A stretch of 64,000 bases of DNA from Trichoplax adhaerens (lineage: Eukaryota; Animalia; Placozoa), in assembly GCF_000150275.1 (NCBI RefSeq), contig NW_002060968.1, positions 720,244 through 784,243 on the forward strand, in the 5' to 3' direction. The translations under genes were made by a program, and so were the position numbers. Shown here piece after piece: positions 55,044-64,000 of this stretch; positions within the stretch are counted from its first letter, which is position 1; each line of letters begins with the position of its first letter. The notes below the pieces were generated by a model. The model saw only the letters and a program-made list of their open reading frames with translations. It did no database searches and was not told the origin of the DNA.

Positions 55044-58000
55044 GCATATAATTGAAAAATAGCAGAAGTTTAACCAAGGTTTAAAGAAGAATATTTCGGT
55101 TAGGATGTTTGCTGTTTAGCATTAACCAAATTGTTATAATTATTACAAGTTGCTACTATATTGTCATACAGATATGATTATCGATGGGTGCATCGGAAAT
55201 TATGACTCATTTTATAACCGAATTTCAAAGAAACAAGTTACCGTTAAAGATTTTCAACGAATTAAAATTATGAAATTTCGATAAATTTTTGTTTGTGCCA
55301 CTGTTACGAGCTAGGAATAATCCTAACTTGTAATAAGTTCTGGAGCTTGTTTCAAATTTGCGTTATTGTAAATTAGAATGCCATTGGGTTGATATTCCTA
55401 GATAGCTATAAATCAGGTTTAGCTCGCTTTACTTTAGAATCTGCATTTATACAGATTATGCGCAATCTAACCCTATTAAATTCGCTGTTTAAGTAGTACA
55501 CTAATAAATTCCTAATAGTAATTAACAAAGGTACACTAGGCTATCCCACTATAATATTTCATCTGAATTTACAAGTACTAACTTTTGACCTACAAATCAT
55601 TCGAAATTATAAATACAATCTGTCTAAACTGGTTGGTAATTAATTTTTAAGTCTACGTAATTCTAAATTTATAATGGTTAATTAAAGCTAACTCATCAAT
55701 TGTTAAGCAACAAAGTTACAGTTAAGGAGACCGTAAGCATCGCTAACATAACATTATAAATTGAATATAACACGGAAATAATTTACTTGTCATAAAAATT
55801 TGCTTTTGTGACAGTACTGAGGTTGATATTAATTTGAAATGGATTGTAAAAAAACTATTTGCTGTATTTTGGTATTATCTACAGTATATGTTGTATACTC
55901 TAACTTTTAACTGTTATGAATACGCATGGATATCATCCTCCTATACTACACAAGATAAGATAACTGTATTGGTACTTGTTATCGTAGTGAACTATATCCA
56001 GTCAGCTGATCTGACTTATCTCTAATCAGCCAGCAGCCGGAAAGCTACTTACTTATGACTGTGCACATCGTGCAGTGAGGTTTTTTAAAAGGATTCTAGT
56101 GATACTCTCTAAGTAGTGAAGTTCTCGAGAAATCGATTGTGGAGAGCATTAGCAGTATATAGAGTATCAGTAATATATAACCTGTTACTTCGCTAATAGT
56201 AGTTCTAATTTTATTTTAGATAGAAGTTAATAAACGTAACTTGTATTGGCCAACTTCGGACATCGGCTGTAACCTATTATATATCACGGGCGACAATTAT
56301 AACACTATTTCCGGAGGGAAACTATTAACTTGAGATCTAAATTTAATGATACAGCTTTGAATTTTTGTAATTAATTTGGCAAGGATTAGTACTGAATATG
56401 TTTGTGTAACGAAACTTAGTATAGTAATTATAGACTTTTAGCGATGTTAGTAAGATTTACGGAAGCGTAACTTTCTATATTTATCTTAAGACGTATTTAA
56501 AAGCTCGCTACTATAGACTGTAATGGTAGATTTTATGTTATAGCACACATGCAAATATATAGTAAGGTGTTGAGTTACTATTAAGGCTAGAGGTAAAAAT
56601 AGAACTGTAACTCCTAAATTAGGATATGCTTAGTTTACCGTACTTTGACTGCTAAGAATAATATCTTTGGAAATACTGTAGTTTTTTGCATATCGGATTA
56701 ATGATGGTTGGCTGTAAAATGTTGTCACTAATAATAATTTGACTATGTGTAAATTAAGGTAGAATGTTGCTATGCTGATTGTGGCTGTGACTGCTACAAG
56801 ATGATCATAAGCAGGCAACTTTAGCCTATTCAGTTCGTTCTTTCTAGAAGTCCTTGAATAGGTGTATTTGGCTAGAGTAGAGCTGTGTGTAGCCAGTCTA
56901 TGTATCAGATCTAATAAAGTTCAAATTTTCTACAACTTTGGAATTTTCGTGATTGGATTTTATCACAGTTTGCAATATTTCGAGTTCTGCTTAGTTTCGT
57001 CATTCAATCAGCTGACAGTTATGAAACGTTAGGTTTCACTTACTAAAATTTTGATGATATGTTATCAATAAAGAATTTTCCTTCCAGCATACTTTAACAC
57101 ACCACTAGCAATACAGTTGTCTTAATATAATAATAATTGTCACTTAGAAACCGATCAGTAATAAAGCATCTCTTCCTGCAAGAACATTACACAGTACCAC
57201 TGGAATACTCGAAGTAAAACAATTTTCTTAAAGCACGACTTTTAAATTTGAATCTATATCACTATTAGCAGCAGAGAAGGACATGTCTTTGCATCAAAAT
57301 AAATTGAATATTTTCGTTATACTATTGCATAATAGACAGAAAAGTTAATCTATAAAACTGTAAATCCTTCTTGATGTATACCAAACCAAAAGAAAAGTAG
57401 TGATCAAAATCGAACTGTACTATATTATCTCCTTCCACTCGAATTATGCGATCAAGTTATAAGGAAGCTAACAAAATTTTGCGTTAATCAGAATCTAATT
57501 TAATAGGTATTTCGATTTTTTGTTTAATCTATTAAATTGGTACTAACATAAGTCAAGATTACAATCCAAACGTAGAGAATTAGGTATCAGTATTAACATG
57601 ACAGAATATTCCACTCTATTTTCAAGGCCCTAATTGGCTAGAAATTACCACTTCCAGAAAAATTTTTCCAATAGGTTTCTTTCAGTTTATGTAACTTAGT
57701 TGAAATAAACGTAACAGTAATAAATAATAATTTAATTGATTCTCTTCCATTAATACGAACTGTCTATTCAGATATTTCAGTTTGATTTCAGAATCTTTCC
57801 TGAAATATGCGGTTTCCAAAGAAATAATATCATCAACTTATCTCACTTTAAATAGGTAAAGGCTCTGAGAACATATGCATTAATGTATAACGTTAGTACT
57901 GCAAAGTATGATTCGCTCTTGATTGCTTAATGGAAATTAAATGTCTTGAAAATAGATTAGCTCACTAAATTTGATTCTTTGCAGTTTTTAAACCAGTGAA

Positions 58001-61000
58001 GTTATATTTTATCTTTACTGCTAATAACGGTCTATTCATAAATTGTTCTAATGAATGGTAGATTATCTTTTAAAAAAAGGTGGTGATGTTCTGCTTTAGT
58101 TAGACATTATGACCCTAAAGAAACTCCGTTTAGTGGCTAGCTGTCAATTACGGGCAAGCTGTTGCATTAAAGTTATCCTGTTAGCTAAATTTTGACAACA
58201 ACTTCTAAAGAGACTAGTTCGATGGCTTTTGACGTATGTTTCCTTCTAATCAAGTGCCAAGTTTGTTATGGAATCATGCTTAGAATCTGCTCAGAATTGT
58301 TACTTTTAAGACTTAAACCCTTAAATATACGAAAAAGAATTTCTTTGCTTTAATTAAATCTGAAGTAATGATTTCAAGATAAAAATTAGCCGTACGTCAG
58401 ACATATAGCATTAAAACATATACTTAGAGGGTTTGACTGAAATTGGATTAATTTGCATATTATTCTGTTAGTTTTGCTTTGAAGTTAACTAATTTTGAAT
58501 TACACAAAAATCAATTACTAACGCATTATATTCTTACCTTTCTTAAATCTTGGGATGAGTGCAAGATTTGAACTTTACTCGATGTTAAATTCTACTTCCA
58601 ATTTCTTGATGTTTCCTTTACCAGTAGTTAGAAAACTTAATTGATATTGATTTTAGCTTCTATTTTAATATCTTGAAATAATTTTGCGTTTTAACGGTAA
58701 ACAATTTATTTCCTGAATGTACAAGATGGGTTAAATCAACTAATATATACTTAACGAAATATGACCATTTAGAAAATCGACCAGCTGAAAGTTACCAAAG
58801 GTGTATGATGGTCGATAGTACAATAATATTTGTCAATTTTCTTTTGAAGTGAGGATTTCAATAGGAAACTTTTCCAATTAAATTACAAAATTCTCCCAAT
58901 TGTAACTAATTTAAGTAGGTAAAATACTGATACCTCAGATCATTTCAATACAAAAAAAAGAAATAAGAATTTACAATGAAAAATAGAAATAATAGAAATG
59001 ATGATCAAAATTTGCTACACAATGATGCAATCGACAATAGAAGCTCTGCTTAATTACTGGTATTATTGTTATTTTCTAAACAGAATTGTATACCTTACTA
59101 AATTAGTAATTTACAATATTAACTTACGCGTGACTAAAGGAAATTGTTTTTTTAACATTTTCTTTTATTTAATATAACAGTATTATCATTTTCCCCAATT
59201 ACGTCATCCTGTGTTTCGAATATCTACAATCAATATGAATTGGCTAAATGATTAATTGCAACTAATATTAGCAGTTTCATCAGGAAAGTAAAGAAACGCC
59301 AATTTATAGGTGATACAGTATTAATCCTGAAAAGCGACTGTTATATCCTGTATTCTGATTCTTTAGTACAAATTCTCATCTAATACACATTTATCATCAA
59401 ACAAAGTATTTTGTTTTATTGATATAAATAGATCAATTATACATAAGTTGCAGCATGTAATTTTTATAATATATGAATGTTCCGACAATTTCAAGCATAG
59501 TAAATAGCCGGAAAATATATCGACAGCGTTACTTAAACAAATTAATTATTTCCGCTTCTTCCATGATGCGCAAATTTATAACCTGTACAATTAAAAGGAA
59601 ATGGTTTCCTGACTTCCATCTCCTATTTTAACCTGTTAAAAATATCAGCCAAACCTTTATAAGAAATAAGGAGAAATTGTAACTTACTATTATTGCCTCA
59701 ATTTAAAGTTTAACTAATGTGACCACGAAATCAAGTCTGTATGAGCAGAAGAAAAAAACATCTAGATAAATATCAAATAGGAGTTCTACTTAATAATACC
59801 TTAATAATAGACAATACTGGAAGGATTAAACGATAACAGATAGATGCTAACATACTGTATCTTTTTAATATTTTTGATATTTCACATCATTGATACAATG
59901 CTTAGAATACTAACCTACAAACTGTAAATTATTGTTTATTCGACAAATAATTCGCTAAATGCCAAGTTTTCGATTCCTAAATATACCGCGGTGCTCTATT
60001 AAAATGCTCAAAAAACTGAATTATAACTTAATTTAAAAACAAATAAATTATTTCTCTCTCTTGACTTTAATCTTCAAGTTTCAATATTTTCTGGATGTGT
60101 AATGTTGATTTAGGTTATATTGCCTTCAATCCGACAACAATAATCTACTGAGAAATTACTTAATCTATTCCATTTTTAGTGAATAAATATATAATATACA
60201 TAAATTATCAAAAGCGAAATTCTTTCACTATAAATAAGAAGAAAGTAAGTCAAAATGTTTAAAATTTTATTCACCGTTACTTGAAAATATACAGCTTCTA
60301 TATTGTTTTTATACTATTCTAATGAAATATTTCATTTCAGTTTTTTGATGTTTGATTCTACATTAATAGTAACCGCAATCAGCAAGGCAGTTTGTTAGAT
60401 TGAGAATACTATTCAATCAGCTATTACAGAAAATTACAACTGCATTTTAGCAATTATTTTGCTAGGTATGAACGTTACTTTAAAGAGTTATTACTGTACG
60501 TAACAGTATTAAATTTTTATTATAAACTTTGAAATAGAATTAAAGTTTTAAAATGTATACTAATTTAATGGTCAATACTGTATCGCATTTTATACTGCAT
60601 CTAAGATGAGCCCATGTATAAAAGAACTGTTTCTAACAGACATTTAGGAGACAAATATTTAGAAAATGAATTTAGATTTTCTTAGCGTATACTCTCTCCT
60701 TGTATATTGAGAAAGGCAAGGTAATAACGCTTAATAATTTGATATATAACAATAAAGGCTATAGAAAGAAAGGATATGTTTATGGTTTTAATATTAATAA
60801 TGTACCCATTTTTTATCTTAAGATCACGAATTTAACATAAATAAGAAATTTATTCATGTATCGTTATCATAATATCAATTTTATGATCATAATAGTAGTT
60901 ATTTTAAGTTACTGCAACTCTGTAATGGTTTTGCTTTATAATGAAGTAAAATGTTGCTTAACGGAACTAGCATAGAGATGAAAATAAGATATTTGTTCGT

Positions 61001-62199
61001 ATTTTTCCGTCAAATCATATAATCAGCCACAATATTACATTTACTAAAGGAGCAAATTATGGGTAACCGTTATAAAAAGTGTTTATAATTTTATTCAAAG
61101 ATGATAAACTAGATGAACATTAATGCTTGAAAATTTTAATATCTTTACGTAAGTATGTGTGATTAACAATCTGATTATTTAAGCTTCTAAAAGCTGAAGC
61201 TTCTTATTTTTACTGAGTCTTGGTATGACATAGCAATACGTAATTTAGATTTTAAATTTTATTTATAGTATCAGTACGAGCTCATACTATCAAACATAGC
61301 TGTAAGCTTCATTGACAAAACAGAACTATCAAGTATATGCTGTTTATGTTAATGACGTAAATATGGAGAACGAGAAATTCGAAGTTAATAGAGTAAATAT
61401 GAAAGCGTAATAGTAATTTCTAATATCAAAAAACCGAATAACGTCCACCGCCAAAACTACGACGATGGAAATTTTACTTGTTGTGCATAACATTTTCTAT
61501 AATTATAATATAATGAGCTGAAATAAAATATAGTTTAATAAAATTTTGGTAACGGCTAGAAATGCATCTTCGATTTTTAAATTTTTAACCAGAAAACTAT
61601 TAAATAGAAGAAAATACTGACCTAAATTTTAACTTCTAACATTAATAAATTACAAGCTTACATGCTAAATTACATTTCCTCTCTGTTCTATTAATTTGCT
61701 TCCTATTTGGTTCTTATATTTAAATGTTCATTATTTTAAGTATGTCAACATTATTCAAAAGCAAATAAGGAATGGCCCAACAGTTGACAATTGCAAATAG
61801 ATGGCATTACGAGTTGCGTCATTAATTGTCATGAGAGCGTAATAATAACATAATAATTAATTCTAAAAGAACGTAAACGAAAATCTCGAATCTAAAATTT
61901 AATGATATGATACAATAAATATTGGATTTCTTGTCCGTAATTCCTTATCCTGTCTCAAGATATTTAAAATGAGTTTGCATTGAATTAATTGCCATTAATA
62001 TCGTCCATTATTGGCACAAGGACGATTGTTACACAAGAAAACAACACAGTACTTATAATAAGCTTTACTTTAGTCCGCAGTACTACTTCCCTAGCCTACG
62101 GTATAGTAACTGGAATCCTTGCGAAGTACTGACTCGCTCAGCATCAGTATGCGGTACATCTCACAACTTAGACCTAGCCTGAATCAATTTTTAATAATC

Positions 62200-62830
62200 T
62201 GTCACAAAACAGCTTTGCAACAAGATAACGCAATATACGATCAATAAGTCAATTCCTTGAACCACGTATCAAGAAACGATATCTACACTATCACGAACAC
62301 TTTTGCTCTACTAGCAGACTACACAAAGACTTAAACGCCTCGTATTTTACGTTAAACACTTAAGTTTGAGAATTCTCTTTATTTTACGATATACTTCATT
62401 TATATACTACTCCTCAATAGTTCATGAGTCATAGTTAATACAATTAACGTTGGAATCATTTACTGAATTAGATATTAATTTTAGCTACTGCTCCCTTAAT
62501 GCAGACAACAGTATTTACCAACATAGACATGTAATGACTAATACAGAATAGTCAGATTACGATATGTTTTATCACGGAACATTTCCATGATAATTTACAG
62601 TCTACCATAAGTAAATTACAATCACAATGATTCGAACTGTAAGCAGATGATTTGCATTCCCTATTATAACCATTAATTTCAGTATGTGTATAAGTGTTAC
62701 TGTCATAAAAAGTCAGAGCTATATTAAAACACAGTATATCCAAATTAGAAGTTAACTAAATAAGGATAGTCTAACAGGATTATCCTAACATAGATATTTC
62801 TACTGTAATACAGTATTTAACACTGTAACA
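62200..62830 (-). mobile_element. Solo LTR, family A, copy 4
   Basis: TGTCACA...TGTAACA termini; TSD TAATC/TGATC (one mismatch). Confidence 0.88.
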
Positions 62831-63394
62831 TGATCACAGTCCTTTTCATATACTTATTCAGTGGTTATAAACATATTTACGATGCCATATACGTATTTCA
62901 ATAAGATGCATGCTATTATGATTGAATTATCAAATACGGCCATTCGAGGTAATAAGCAATTTCATACATAAATCTATTTATACTGTAAGCCCTATCAAGC
63001 TGCTATATTCTCAATACTTACTTGCAATATATTACTATATCATCACAACATCATATAAACTTAGCTTATTACTAACAATAACAATTCCTAAAGTAGTAGT
63101 TTATACTTCTGAGAAGTTCAAAACAAAATATTATCGTAAACTGCACATCTATATCTAAGTTATTTTGATGGCCGTGACAATTAGACGGTTCACAATTACC
63201 TAGATTGGCAAGTCTGATTATAGAAATTATTTTAAAGTTGTTTCAAATAAGTTTTGGACTAGTGTACGTGCTATTAAAAAAGATACTGATCTTGTAGTAA
63301 ATTCCAAGGTTTAAAGTTGATATAGACAGAAATTAAATGCTGAATTCATATCTGCATTGCTTTCAATTATGACGATTGCTGCCGTAACAAAATA

Positions 63395-63500
63395 ATAACT
63401 ACCGTAGTTCTTACTGTAAGCCATTATTAGTTATTTTCATATTATAAATGTTAAACACTAAATTTAGTCATTTACTCTTCACGGTGGTTCGCGCCGTGAC
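63395..63500 (-). mobile_element. Terminal fragment of family B-like LTR
   Basis: Matches ~24010-24115 (taactac.gta.ttcttactgtaag.cattattagtta...aaatgttaaacactaaatttagtcatttactc...ccgtgac). Confidence 0.7.
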
Positions 63501-64000
63501 TGAATGATTGTGAGAAAATCTGTAGACTTTCAAGTTGAATGGTTTATAGTGGACTATTATTCTTCTTCTAAATATAATAGCGGTAATATATGATATTCAT
63601 TTTACTTTATCAAAATTTTTTAGTCAAATATAGAGCAAAGGCTGATACTGAAATAAGCATACTCATCTAGATTAGTAAGACCCAATCTTATTTTAAATAA
63701 TGCAGTAAAAATTGTATACGATACATTTGTTTATTATGGTAAAGTACCGCTAACTTTTCAAGCAGATATAGAAATCAAAGAAAACATCATCAACATCTGT
63801 CAAAACCAGCTCTTATGATTAGACCTAAACTGGTCTAGCTAATCTTCGGCTAACTTTTAAAGAATCTCTATTAAGAAATTTACTTATTCCAATACTAAAA
63901 AACTGAGTCAAACGATATAGATTTAGATTAATTGATTTTATTTACTTCTGGCTATTGCATGGTAGTGTTAGTGTACTCTGAGTTGTCCTCGGTCATACTT

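Noticed and set aside
55834-63158. Scattered 60-80 aa ORFs in AT-rich intergenic DNA (also 4366, 7633, 15849, 16551, 17044, 51280)
   Set aside because: Their I/L/F/Y/K-biased composition is typical of random AT-rich frames, with no motifs or supported exon chains.

Overview
AT-rich eukaryotic (animal) genomic DNA with many short GT-AG introns, so the ORF track is mostly uninformative. Composition, intron size and peptide type suggest a placozoan (Trichoplax-like) genome; this is inference. Genes reconstructed by eye: (1) a secreted neuropeptide precursor at ~20.9-29.5 kb (+), invisible to the ORF track, built almost entirely of 3-42 nt phase-1 micro-exons; (2) COMMD6 (-); (3) SPATA5/AFG2A AAA+ ATPase (+); (4) CLHC1 (-); (5) an intronless ~200-aa orphan ORF (-). 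The main finding is gene 1. Each KK/KR-flanked xLF/xFF peptide is split into a 'head' and a 'tail' micro-exon carried on a ~239-bp tandem unit. The gene includes five 3-nt exons and several dead modules. Mobile DNA comprises three families of solo LTRs with 5-bp TSDs, a Helitron 3' end whose empty site lies across an N gap, and a TA-flanked MITE. There are also several ~100-120 bp satellites. All coordinates were counted by hand, and the splice models are unverified predictions.
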